64,000 nt of DNA from Octopus vulgaris (GCA_951406725.2 OX597824.1:62868001-62932000), one strand, 5' to 3'; shown: positions 1 through 12,790, counted from the stretch's first letter. Numbers and translations: made by a program. Notes: a model not told the origin generated them from the sequence alone.

Positions 1-1185
1 TGATTTTTTGTGTTTTTGCCTCAATGATTTCATGTTATTCAGACTTCCATTACAAGGAGGATGGCAACAGTTTACACAGTTCATCTAATATCAAGGAGAC
101 AGATTAATGTGATACATTATTTGAATATTTTTTAGATGTTTAAGAAAAAATTTCTATTGTTATCAGTGAATTCAAAAGTCATTGTATATTTTTAGTTGTT
201 TTTTTCTGTCGTATGGAAGAGCATTGCCTTTTAAATTCTGATCCTTGGAATAATTGTTTAATACGTGTTCGAGAGCGTTTCTGATTTTCTGCAAAATAGG
301 TGAGGAAAAAATGATGAGGAAATTAGTCAGCGCTCCTGGTGTGAATAAAGTGAAGTTACTATTAATAAATAGCTTCCGTTTAAGTACGGTTTAGTGGAAG
401 TATAACTCACCCTCTTTGTCATCCTGTTTGTATACTGAATTTGACAGAATTGTTAGAATATTCAACTGAAAAACATTAACGAGATGTAATCATCTCTTAT
501 GTATAACAATTCCTATAAACTACCTTGCTCATTACTTCCAAGAGATCTATGTCGGAACGACAATGTAAATATATAACAGTGTTAGGAATTATACTAAATT
601 ACTTGAGATAAACAGTATATATTATAAAAATGTACATTGAGTAAGATATTCGGAAACATTAGAAACAATGTAGGATCATTTCAAAGAAAACGTGAAATAA
701 TTTTATTTAAAAAATGACTACTAGAGAGAGACAGCGAAGTATTATTGAAATAAAGTAAAACTTTTAAAGAATTAAGGTACATATATATATATTGTATTCT
801 GAAGAATAAAACAATAATTGATAAAGGCGGGAGAATTATTTAAACGTTGGTTTCTCATATGTATTATTATTTATGTAGCTTTTTACGAAACTACCTCTAG
901 TTTTACTTTTTTTGTTTCATTCTTTTTTTTCATTTATGCTTATAATTAGGAAGATGTATATTCAGAATTTAATGGCTGCGAATGAAGGATGCTCATATTT
1001 TACACATTTCATGTGTATTCTAGTTTTATATAATATATTTTTTATTTTTCGGTAATATGTTGTTGAGGTTTTAGCTATACTCAAACTATCGAAGATTATT
1101 ACAATGTTATTAATATATATGTTTGTAGTTTTATATATGTGTGTGTGTGTGACAGTGTGCGTGCGCACACGTGCGTGAGTATTAA

Positions 1186-1484
1186 GGCTCATGGCTTAAT
1201 GGTTACGGTGTTGCACTCAAGATTACTAGATCGTCGGTTCGATTCCTAGACCGGGCGTTGCGCTGTGTTCCTGAGCAAAGCACTTCATCTCAGGTTGCTC
1301 TGCGATCATTCCGGTATCTGACATCTGACATATGGAACCCCTTGCACCTGTACAGGTAATGTCGATCTGATGGAAAGAGTGAGCTTATGTCTACACAAAC
1401 ATTTGATTACTATAAACAAATCATCTGTGTGTTTGTTCGGTAAGAAATTGTCGGTAAGAAATTGTTCGGTAAGAAATTGTCGTC
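1186..1484 (+). mobile_element. tRNA-derived CORE-type SINE
   Basis: A box TGGCTTAATGG (1192-1202), B box GGTTCGATTCC (1236-1246), CORE-like TGTGTTCCTGAGCAAAGCACTTCATCTCA; 3' end has three tandem TTGT(T)CGGTAAGAAA units. Confidence 0.8.
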
Positions 1485-1499
1485 TTACGATGGAAGAGT

Positions 1500-1503
<4 letters not shown>

Positions 1504-1568
<65 letters not shown>

Positions 1569-1600
1569 ATTATTATTATTATTATTATTATTACTATTAT
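1504..1600. repeat. compound microsatellite (TA)n(GT)n(TAT)n
   Basis: directly visible. Confidence 0.97.
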
Positions 1601-1852
1601 CTCTTTATCACAGGTATTGTTGGAGCTACTGGAGTTTTGTATGCGTATCGGGTTTACTACTTTCAGCCTATGGTACCATGCTGTTCGTTCTTTTCAGGTA
1701 TGTAATACTTTCCAGATTATTCTGGCTGTGCCAAGGAGGCAAACCTCTTGTGACAGTTCTACTGAGCACTCTATTCCAATTTCCTTTATATTTTTCTAGA
1801 AGCCTTCTGATACTGAACCCAACAATAATTGACACAATTTTCACCATCTTCA
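1600..1852 (-). mobile_element. 3' end of an R4/Dong-type (RLE) LINE
   Basis: minus strand reads KMVKIVSIIVG...GTARIIWKVLHT*, then a short 3' UTR and (TAA)n; also bounded upstream by (TAA)n at 1853-1950. Confidence 0.75.
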
Positions 1853-1859
1853 TTTATTA

Positions 1860-1951
<92 letters not shown>

Positions 1952-2096
1952 GGCGACGGAAGCAGTATTAATACCAAAATATTATCTTTTCATCCAACTA
2001 AACATGGATGCCTAGTTGGAATACAGAATACTGCATTATTAGCCTTGTTCTAACAAGGCATCTCTGTTTAGTTGGATGTGAAGATTGCTTTTATGA

Positions 2097-2140
<44 letters not shown>

Positions 2141-3413
2141 GCTCTCTCTGTGCGTGCGTGTATATGCATGTGTGCATGTGTGTGTGTGTGTGTGTGTATA
2201 TATTTATGTATATGTATACCTTTTTAGCTTATACAAAATGTAGCTAATCAGGCTGCTCATGATTAACTACTGTTTAATACACTAAATTTAATATTTAAGT
2301 TTTACAGCGACGCATCTAATAATGTAGACATATCTATAGCAAAATCATTATATGCGAAATGGAGAATTTTACCGAAATCATACGGAAATCAACACAACGG
2401 ATATTAAATTAGAAGTAGTGGAGCCAGATGATATGCTTAAATAATAAACTAATGTAAGGAAACATTTTGAAATTTGCAATACATTTTACTCATTGTTAAA
2501 GCAATACAACTTATAGGAAATATAATAAAAATTATATAGATAAAACATTTTTGAAAACATTTATCTGCAATATTAAGAAATGAATTCATGAGAGACTGAC
2601 AGATGAATATATATTCAATAAATATAAATTTTGTTCTTGCTTTTGATACTAAATGTACATTAAAATAAATATTAATTGTACATATGTAGTAATATGTGCT
2701 TCAGGCAACTTCCAATTTGTTAAGTTAAATTTAACACTCCATCAACATCCGAAGCAACGTTACTTCTGCGCCATGCATTTCATACTAAATGCAACCTTAT
2801 CACAAAATCAAAAGTTTAATTCCAAAAATCGTATATACTGAATAACTTTTCGTCGGTGCTTTGTAGTGTTTTGCATGATCCTGCTTTTCAGAAACATAGG
2901 TTAGTATTATTAGGGTTATATTTTATATTTTTTTCTTTTTTATTGGTGTTATATTAATTCCTTTTATATTCATTACAAAATAGGTTTTTGAATCATAAGA
3001 TGCAAATTGTGTATTTCAGTATTATTCTCATTGTAGAGCACTATAACATGGTTATAGAGCGGCGTGTTTATCGATGTAAACATTGGCAGAAAAAATACCA
3101 TTTGTTCATATAAGTGATATATACGCTTATATATAATTTGAACACTGATTTTCTTTTTACATTTCACTTCCACTAGATTTATCTTTTTCCAAGCCTTTAA
3201 GCTTTTATTTTAATTCACATACCGTTCTGTATTTCTCCTTTATTAGTCTTCTGCTTATTTCTTTCCTTTACCACTTCTCTTTCTAAAGACAACATTTGAC
3301 GTTACATATTCTATCGTTGTTTAAAAAAACAAACATAATAGCCTTTCGTTCATCATTGTACACATCCATCACATTCTGTTAAAATGCCTTATTGATGGGT
3401 TTGGTTTCTTTCA

Positions 3414-3498
3414 TTCCCTGATGAGAAGGATACATTGTTTTACACCATTTTATTCTTTTGGAATAATACCAATGTTGACTTCGAAACATATGTCGGAA
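3414..3498 (+). ncRNA. type I hammerhead ribozyme motif, intact core, long stem II
   Basis: TTCC-CTGATGA-GAAG...CTTC-GAAA-C-ATAT-G-TC-GGAA; stem I TTCC/GGAA, stem II GAAG/CTTC extended by ACATTG/CAATGT, palindromic stem III ACATATGT, GUC triplet at 3492-3494. Confidence 0.8.
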
Positions 3499-4268
3499 GT
3501 AAAAGAATTTGAATAACTCCATTTATTTATTTATATATATTATACAAAATATTTCACATTAACCCGAGTTTCTACCGTTACAAACGATATTACTTCCTTA
3601 TTACTTGAGTGATTTTGTACTGCCCTGATAACTGTTTATCTATTTTTCCCATGTTAATTATAAACAAGGGAAAATACACACATCCATTTATATATATATA
3701 TATATGTGTATGTGTGTGTGTGTGTGTTAGTATGTATGTATATATATGCATATATTTTATATATATATATATAAAATTGTATGCATATATTAGTACAGGA
3801 TGTCACCAACTGTGTAAACATCAAGACGTTCTAAGGGCCGGGCGCCTTCTATCTCTCTCTTCTACCTTTTCTCTTTTCAAAGAAAATATTTTTCCCAAAG
3901 TTCACAATCTTCATCTCGTTCTGGTCTAACGGCCCTCCATGTTTTTTTTTCATTATGCTTTCTTGTATGTCTCTACTGTCCTGTTTTGTTCCCAATTTGA
4001 CCCTCCACGAATCCAAAATTTTATTTTGGAATTTATAGGAGCAATGTCTTCCACCACTCATATTGTAGTTAAATGCTCGAAATGAGAAGTAGATAGGATG
4101 CCGACAACTAATGAAGGGACTGTCTTTGTGCTACTTGTCCTGCTTTCCCTTTTTTGTCTCGCTGTTTGTGTATTTACCTCGTTTGTTTATGTACTTCATG
4201 TTGTTTACACAGTTGGTGACGTCCTATAGCCATACATGCATATATATGCATACATATATATATATATG

Positions 4269-4299
<31 letters not shown>

Positions 4300-4721
4300 T
4301 TGTGTATATATACATATATAATATATATATTATTTATATTATTATTTAATTGAACGCCACGCGCCCATTTCCAAGTAAGTTTATGTATATGTACATATAT
4401 ACTATAAGAATAACAGAAACACAACTGGTCGAACAACGAGGGGAACTGAACGAATGATGAATGATGCTGACAAACCCACTAACCGTGAAGACAACAGTAA
4501 TACAACCTGTAGTAGCAACTCAAAATACTACCGGCGTAAACCTAGTGATATCACTACTAATGGCAATATAAAAGCTTAGAGCCTGGATAATAGAACTAAT
4601 AATAATATACATATTCCTGTATACATGTGGTGCTCGATGAGACTACCAGTAAATCCGGAAACATGATCTGTTTCATATAAGTTATGCATTTCCAAGAAAG
4701 TTTATACATGTGTGTATATAT

Positions 4722-5900
4722 ACATGGAGCTTCTGATAAAGATCAATGTAGTAGATCGAACATCCTATGAAGATGACGAATATTATTTTCGTAATTCTTT
4801 CGTAGGCACCGACTGGCATTGGGAAGCTGAAACGGCCGTAAGAATTGTTGTCACAGAAATGTTATGTCATGTTTTGTATTACAAAATCATCTACAGTTGA
4901 TTAAATATTACTTAACATGTATTACATTAATCTAAAAGTTAGATTGTTCATATCAATAAATTTAATTATATTGACCCTTGCAGCCATACTAGATCCACCA
5001 ACAAATTACACTTTCAACCCAGCAAAATAAACCCGAGTTTACCAATATCTCATGTGAAATCAACTACAGTAGTGTCCAAATACAGACCTATACAATCTAT
5101 AGTGTGGAAAGGTAATACTGAGTTCAATAAAATAAGATAAATTCTACTGGGGGTAATGTTGTTCCTATGTGGGTAGGACTATTAGGATCTATTTTAAGTG
5201 GAGGTAGACTAATATATTGGTAGGGAATTAAGTCCAGATTACAGCAAATGCGAACAAGCGTATCCATAGTATAATAGGTACAGGAAAATAAAATTTAATT
5301 AAAACAAAATAAATAAATAAATTTAAAACTAAAAATTAAAACTTTGAATTAGTTTTTTGGGGTCATAACATTGTGGTTGAATAATGGTCCTCTGTGTTCT
5401 TAATTAAGTTCGTGATTGACGTATCTGGCATTTGTAAAAGGGGTAATTTTGTTATATTAAGGAGGAATGGTTTAATTTGTATTAAATGTAGGTAGTTGTT
5501 TTGGGTGGAGGTGGAATCTAAATTCAGAATTGTGTTTAATATTTTTAAGAATCGAGTTTAATCTTTTTCTTAAGGGTAGGTATATACTTATCTAGAATTG
5601 CTTTACTGAGCTTACCTAAATCTTACTTATTGGGGCATATTAATCTGACCTGTAGATAATTTTCTAATGTAAAACATGACATAACATTTCTGTGACATAA
5701 CAATTATTACGGCCATTTCGGATTCCAATGCCAGTCGGTGGCTACGAAAGAATTACGAAAATAATATTCGTCATCGTCATAGGATATTCGCTCTAGCACA
5801 TGGAGCTTCATCAGAGTGAATACAAATGCATCAAATAAAATCAACAAAGGGAAAAGGCTATAGGAAGGAAAATGGCCTCGAGAAGAAGCCAGGAGGCTCA
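4722..5900. mobile_element. PLE-like remnant bounded by inverted terminal-repeat copies with hammerhead-like motifs
   Basis: 4733-4908 is the reverse complement of 5637-5814; each has CTGAT(G/A)A...GAAA(C/T)GGCCGTA; the spacer has weak PLE-like peptides on the minus strand (PFYKC...EDHY). Confidence 0.6.
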
Positions 5901-7197
5901 ATATATTAAAATCTTACCATCTTCCAGCGAAGAGCTTCGAAGTCGATCGGCAAAAGAATGATCTAGCGGTGGTTTAGGGAAATATTTACGGGTTATTTCT
6001 ATATAAAGGAGGGAACCAGGATGTTTGAAAAGTTGTGAAATGAAATTAGTACTAAAATAAGACAAGAAAGTTACTAATATGCCTAGAAAGAGAATAGCAC
6101 TTATGTTATCATAAATAGGGCTAGTTGATATTTATCCAAAACAAAACCGCAGGGTTCTTACAATAGCATACTTACTGAAATGTTGTAGAGAACACTACCT
6201 CTTGTCCGCAATGGGATTGACCAAAGTCTATCCATCGTGACAATCGGTCAATTACATTTGAAGCAAGGGCAAAAGTTAAAACCGTTTCAAGAGATATGTA
6301 AATAAAGAAGAGAACGAACTAGTAAATAAAGGGTGCGGGAGAAAAGACTATCATATAAGTAGCCGCTTATGGTCTTCTGCAGCTTCTCAACACAACATAA
6401 ATAAGAATAAATAAATAGATAATACTGACAGACAAACTGCTATAACTTTTTTTACAGTTAAGGGAAGACAACTAGTACAGGAGGTGTATATGAATATAAT
6501 AACCTATTAAAATAATGTTAAATTTTACATCCTAGATAGCAAATAAACTTTCAAATGGTGGTCATAAAGGACAAACAAGTAAATGTGTACACTACCCACT
6601 TTATGAATCATAGAAATTTTGACTTAATAAAGATATAGCTATAAATCAGTTGATATTTTGATAAGAAACACAAAAATGACAACATAAGTTTTATAAGTAG
6701 ATGGTTCCATGCCTGACCTCAGTTAATTCTTAGTTGGATCCATGATCTTCTCATTTATATTGTGTACAGACATATCCATTATTTTTGCTCTTGTTAGAAA
6801 CAATTCTTCAATCAGTGCGAACAACCTGCTTGCAGGACAGCTGCGAGTACGGTGCTAATTATTCATATCGGTAGAAATATTCAGAGCATCAGGGAAATGA
6901 TGTCTAGAATTTTCTGCAGTAAAACCGTTTCATACATTATTCATTTACAATGATAATACATAGTTACATAGTAAAATGTTATGGAGCTATATGGATTCAA
7001 GATTATAGATATGTGGATATCTCGGTCTCTATCACTTAACTGAATATTCTCTGTTATATAAAATCATTTCGAAATGAAGTGCTTTATTAAAAGTGGATGG
7101 ATATCATTATTTTTATATCAAGAAGATAAAATAATTTTATTGAGAATTTAATCTGAACACGGCATTGCTTTTTAAATAATCATAGAAAAATGTTGCA

Positions 7198-7341
7198 TCA
7201 AGCCAGATGCATACACTTTGTATTTCTGTGTAGAGAATATAACAGCCAATTCTCTCTTAAATGGTATTCAAGCCAGATGCATACACTTTGTATTTCTGTG
7301 TAGAGAATATAACAGCCAATTCTCTCTTAAATGGTATTCAA
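7198..7341. repeat. perfect 70-bp tandem duplication
   Basis: TCAAGCCAGATG...AAATGGTAT starts at 7198 and 7268. Confidence 0.95.
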
Positions 7342-8088
7342 CAATCATACAGTAAAGAAAGGGAACATTGATAACGTAAAACTCCAGGATACCTCATGTC
7401 TGAAAATAAAACGTGAAACTTACAACTGGAACAGATCAAGCATAAGTCTACTCGTTCAAACATCCTCTAGAGCTACACAGCAACAACACTCATGGAACGA
7501 AATCAAATTATAACTGAGGTCAATGCGTAACTAAAAGGAACAGATAGCCGCTGTTGTTTTCTGAGTGATACTTCTCTAAAATGATGAACTTCGCGTAATT
7601 GCAGAAACACTGTATATTTCACAACGACATGTAACAATTGACTAAACAGTTGCAACAAACTGAGAAATTATTCTATTGTTGATGCATAAGTTATATGAAT
7701 GCTGTATTTCTCAAATCCAATAATCTCGCCCGGTCGTGATATTTCTTTTGCAATTACAAGTAATAATATATTTTATTATATTCATTGATTTATTTTATTT
7801 AATATAATATGAAAAACAGTAAAAGTGCTGCTATTTCTTAAGAATTTACAGGAACAATTAATCCAAGAACAGTGAAGAAATAATAGTAATCGCAAAATTA
7901 TCAGCAGCTGTTTGGTTGAATGAGTTCTAGATACGCAGGCGTTAATTAGATACGAAACGTCTGATTACATTATTAATTATAAATACAGAAGAGGTGAAAA
8001 GTAGTGATGTACTAGCGAGATTAGATTTTAAAGATAAAGATATCAAGTATATTTTATCTGTTCTATATTAAAGAGATGAGGAATTATG

Positions 8089-8248
8089 TACATTATTTAC
8101 ATTATTTACAATTGACAGATATTTGTCCTCATCTTGTTTATTGTTAACACAACGTTTCGGCTGGAGGGTATATCAGCCGAAACGTTGTGTTAACAACAAA
8201 CACGATGATGACAAATATCAGTTAATTGTGAATAATGTAAATAATGTA
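8089..8248. repeat. fold-back palindrome, 75-bp arms, 10-nt loop
   Basis: 8089-8163 vs 8174-8248; core TTGTTAACACAACGTTTCGGCTG/CAGCCGAAACGTTGTGTTAACAA is perfect. Confidence 0.93.
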
Positions 8249-8261
8249 TATTTTATCATTT

Positions 8262-8520
8262 ATCTTTTATTCGTTACAGCATTTAGGCAGCGGCCCTGCT
8301 GGGGAACCACCTTGAGGAATTTTAGTCGAACCAATCGCCTCCGGTCCTTATTTTTTCTGAGCTTGGTACTTAATTCTATCGCTCGCTTTAGTCGAACTAC
8401 TAAGTTAAAGGGTGTAAACATTCCAACACTAGTTGCTAAGCAGCTGTAGGGTCAAACACAGACACAAAGACACAAATTACACACACACACGCGCACACAC
8501 ACACACATGCACACATGCAC

Positions 8521-8553
<33 letters not shown>

Positions 8554-8772
8554 TGCACACATGCACACACGCACACACACAAAAATACACACACATACAA
8601 ACACACACACACACACACACACAAATACACACACATATACGACTTACTTTTTTCAGTTTCGGCCTACCAAATCCATTCACAAGGCTTCGATCGTCCTTGC
8701 TCAAATTGCTACGTAGTGCGGGCTGAACCCGGGTCCATGTGGTTGGGCAGCAAACTTCTTACCACACAGCCA
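8262..8772 (-). mobile_element. tRNA-headed SINE with internal microsatellite (family B)
   Basis: minus-strand head TGGCTGTGTGGTAAGAAG...GGTTCAGCCC; internal (CA)n-type array 8455-8640; 3' half shared with the copies at 14573, 30172 and 39450. Confidence 0.8.
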
Positions 8773-9299
8773 AATTACTTTCTCACGCATAACCAATCAA
8801 GGACTGACAGAGAAATATAACTAAATGTGTGAATTGAGTAAATAATGAGTTTCTAAGACAATTTACCGCATAGCTGTTCGCTTTTGTGAAATTCCTGACA
8901 ATTAGGATGTCAACGTTAATAAATGACTTGCAATTTAAATTATCAAAACAACAGAAGAATACTTCAAATACACGTTTCTAAGAACGACAGGTGCAACAAA
9001 ATTTCCAGAGATTTCAATTTAGGTGTTGCGTTAACAGCTCCAAATAATGCCTCGGGGTATACATAATAGGATTACGATAAAATCATTGCTTTCCTACAGA
9101 ATAGCTTACTTTAAAGAAGCCGTAAAACCAAATGCGTACGGGTCTTTTAATCAATTCTACATTGCAAATGTACAACATTTTGAACTCCGTCCATCTAATA
9201 AAATGGAGAAATTACAAAGTAACAAATATCCAGTGTTACCTAAACTATAGAATTTAATTTTTTAAAAACACATATCGTATCGTATGACAAAGTAAATAC

Positions 9300-10550
9300 T
9301 AATATATATATGCAGAGTTGGGAATGCTAATATATATCTTAAATTCGAGTAGCTTCAGGTATATGAAATACAAATTACAGTACTATAGTGTACAACATAT
9401 AACTTTCTTCTGTGAAATTCTATTATCTGTTCAGCAAAATTGACTTCTTTCCAAACTCGGCTCCTAAATGTCAGCGACTGTTTGCGTTTGGACACGAAAC
9501 ACAACTTTTTGGCAGATGAGGGAGATATGTTATCAAATCAGCCACTTAGAAAGAAACAATGAAAGCTGATGTCATGCAAAAGTCAATTCTTCTTCCAAAT
9601 GTGATATGATTTGTATAATTATCCCCATATTAAATTGGACCATTATATTTAATCTGCGATTATAGTGAAGCGTTATATTATATTAAATTTACCAACACTG
9701 AAACTAATGCAGACACAGTGACCTAGGGGCATTCGTTGAATAACCGAATTAGCAGAATACATATGCGACAAAGTAGGTAGTTCCTCTTTCAACCATTTCC
9801 ACCGTCTTCAACGATATTAAATAATGAATTTAACAATGATTTTCAGTTACTACAAATTTGTGATGCCAAAGCTATTTGACTTCAGTGAAGTAAATTTCAT
9901 TAAATTTAATCTATCAAGAACGGAGATAATTAAAGACAGAATCGATCTCTGCTGCATCTGATTAAAGCATATGAAGAGGATAATAAATCATGAATTGCAC
10001 GTAGGACAATAAGAAACCAAAAAAAACGTATGTATTCATTCTTAATATGTTCTGGCACATTCGGATATGAATATCGGATCACTGTTCTTTCATCATGAAA
10101 ATCTCTTTGCTTTTTTGATTGTGTGATCATAAAACTCAATTCGCCAATATAATGAGACTTTGAGACAGCATGTACTTCTCATTTCGTTGTGTATGTACTT
10201 ATTGAAAGCTGCCGCACGGGACGGGCGAATCTAACGAGATCACGAAATTTACTTTATAGAAATCAGCATACAGATTATTTGCTGTTGCCCGCTTTAATCT
10301 GCCAAACAGATAATTCATGGGGTGCACATAGAACAGAATCCGTACAATAACGTACCTATTCATTCTTGGCATACTGTGACCGATTCACACGTATATATCG
10401 GATCGCGGTTGTTTAACATCATCTGAAAATACCTATTCCCTTCAAATGTGTGTTCATAACATACGCGATACAACGGTGTAAAAGGACTTTGAGAAAGCCG
10501 GGTGTTCCAACCGCATTGAGTGATTCCACAGTCAAGCCTACTCCACCGGA
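9300..10550 (+). mobile_element. highly decayed 3' portion of CR1/L2-group LINE ORF2, terminal segment present twice
   Basis: peptide traces LNLPTL (~9683) and IGSRLFNII*KYL (~10396) resemble GPQLFNII in the better-preserved copy at ~41.2 kb; many stops and frameshifts. Confidence 0.4.
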
Positions 10551-10784
10551 TCTATGAACTTGGTATGATATATACTATGATATATACTCGAACGACCTGG
10601 CAGAATGTATACATTGGCACACCGTCGGTTATGACGACGAGTTTTCTAGCCGATCTGATGAACGGAACAGGCTGCTCATGAAATTAATGCGCAAGTCGAT
10701 GAACAATCGACATACACAGCTTCAACATGGCACAAGATATGAAAAGACTTGCCTTCTGATTTATAGACACAGACCCTTATACCA

Positions 10785-10900
10785 GCTGAGTGAACCGTAG
10801 CAACGGGAAATAAAGTGTCATGCTTAAGGGCCCAACGATTATCGAACTAGTAACCTTACAATCGTAACCCAAATACCCTAATGACGTAGCCACGTGCCTT
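10785..10900 (-). mobile_element. decayed head of a CORE-type SINE related to the 1186 copy
   Basis: reverse complement AGGCACGTGGCT...AGTTCGATA...CCTTAAGCATGACACTTTATTTC. Confidence 0.55.
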
Positions 10901-12610
10901 CACGGTATTACAGGAAGAAACCTTTACAGAAAACTACATCACACAAGCTATAGTATATTTATATGTACAGTGACTGTTTGATACCACAGTAAATTTAAAA
11001 TACGAAAGAGCAATGCAAATGAACGAGATTGAGCGAAACTTTCTCGACTATTGGGATTTCTTTTTCTTTAGCTCTTTAACTAATTACACTGTTTATTCAT
11101 CTCACAGTCTGTCGGAGCCTTTTAATACTATGTTGTCAGGCATAATGTAATCTTAATGTACATTATGGGATGTGTTCTTATTTTTTAAATCTTTCAGTGT
11201 ATGAATTAGAGGAGATATAGTTGCTACTTTCAGCTACTTGTATTATCATGTAGACACTACATTGTATAGTATCCCTCACCCCATGGCAATAAACTATAAT
11301 GACATCGATAGCTCAAAAGAATCGTTTATAAGCAAAACCTTGTGTTATTTAATCCATTTTAAGCTGAGTATGCACTTTATTGTTCAGGGGGTCAATGAAA
11401 TATTGTACTTGTGATGTACTAGCATCGATATAATCGATTAATACCCGTCCCTTAAAATAACTGCTACCCTTAGGTGTAAATTGTAAACAATTACCACCGA
11501 TGACACGTTTTTTAACTAATAAACTACAATTCCCTCGTGTATCTGTGTGAGAAACGTTTGTGGTGTAGTGGTTTCAAGAAACGTTTGCATCGGATGATTA
11601 TTATTCTGGGCATATATGCTAGAGTATTCAAGTTTATACAGATAGTCATTGCAATCATATCGTATAATCAGTTCAATCATCAACAACATACAATTAATTA
11701 GATGAAAAAAACACTGGGATATCTACTTATTATCGTTAACATTTCAAATACTGTTGGGACGATAGTCACCGTTTGAGTATTACAACTATATTTTGTCCGT
11801 TATAATGACACCGTAATGAAAACAACACAACTAAGAAACTACTTCATATTAAAGGTGAGAGGGCAATTGTGTAGCAATGAAGATGGATATACAGAATTTC
11901 GTAATGCGTGTTTTAAACAAACAATAAATATTAATTACTAAATGTTAGAAAAAAGAAACCGCTTGAACATTTCTGGTAAAATGCGTATGTGTGTGTCGTG
12001 TGCCTGTGTTTGTGTGCCTGTGCGTGGGGGTCTGTGTGTGTGTAGGCAAGTCAAAAATAAAATTAAACACAAAAACCACAAACGTCAAAATGACGTAGAC
12101 ATTGGGTCTATTAGGTTGAGGTTCAGTTTAAGATTGAAAAAAAAAGATGCAGGTGTGATATCTCGAGTATGTCTCCTCATGAGAAAGTGAAAAATGAAAA
12201 TGACGTAGGGGAATGAAAAATAGTCAACGAAAATTGCGTATGTTATTACATGAGTGTGTGTGTGTGTGTATGTATGGAAGTTTGTATTGTGTGTGTGTGT
12301 TTCTGACTTAATTTATGCATCATCACCGCTTGACTCTGGTGTTGGTGGCACACACAAAAATTTCACCTATTTTTCATCCCACTAACTCCCACACATTCAT
12401 TATTTCTCACCTGCTCTCTTTCTCTCCAACTGTCTGTCTATTTATCTTCTTGTGTATGTTCTTCACAGTTGTGTGTGTACATCCAGAGAAGACAAAGTGT
12501 ATATAACAAGAATTAATCATAAAATATATATGTCCTGTTTTTTATCCTTAAATATTTATTAAGATATGCGTTAGCGTAAGATGATTAAAAAATAATATCA
12601 CTGGAAAGCT

Positions 12611-12657
<47 letters not shown>

Positions 12658-12697
12658 TATCTTTATGTCTGCAATAATTAGAAATTAACATTATACC

Positions 12698-12741
12698 GTA
12701 CTACTACTACCACTTCTACTACCACCACAACTACTACTCTA

Positions 12742-12790
<49 letters not shown>

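Noticed and set aside
1186-1260. tRNA gene
   Set aside because: A and B boxes are present, but I see no complete cloverleaf and the sequence runs into a SINE core.
1370-2053. Low-complexity ORFs (poly-I/Y/L, CV or HT repeats) here and at 8433-8820, 18774-19281, 21448-22007, 26837-27225 and 48267-48611
   Set aside because: They are translations of microsatellites that lack stops in some frames; no coding signal.
9930-10560. Tandem cadherin-like domains (period about 110 codons)
   Set aside because: No DxNDN, LDRE or DGG motifs in register; stops and frameshifts; a LINE C-terminal motif fits better.
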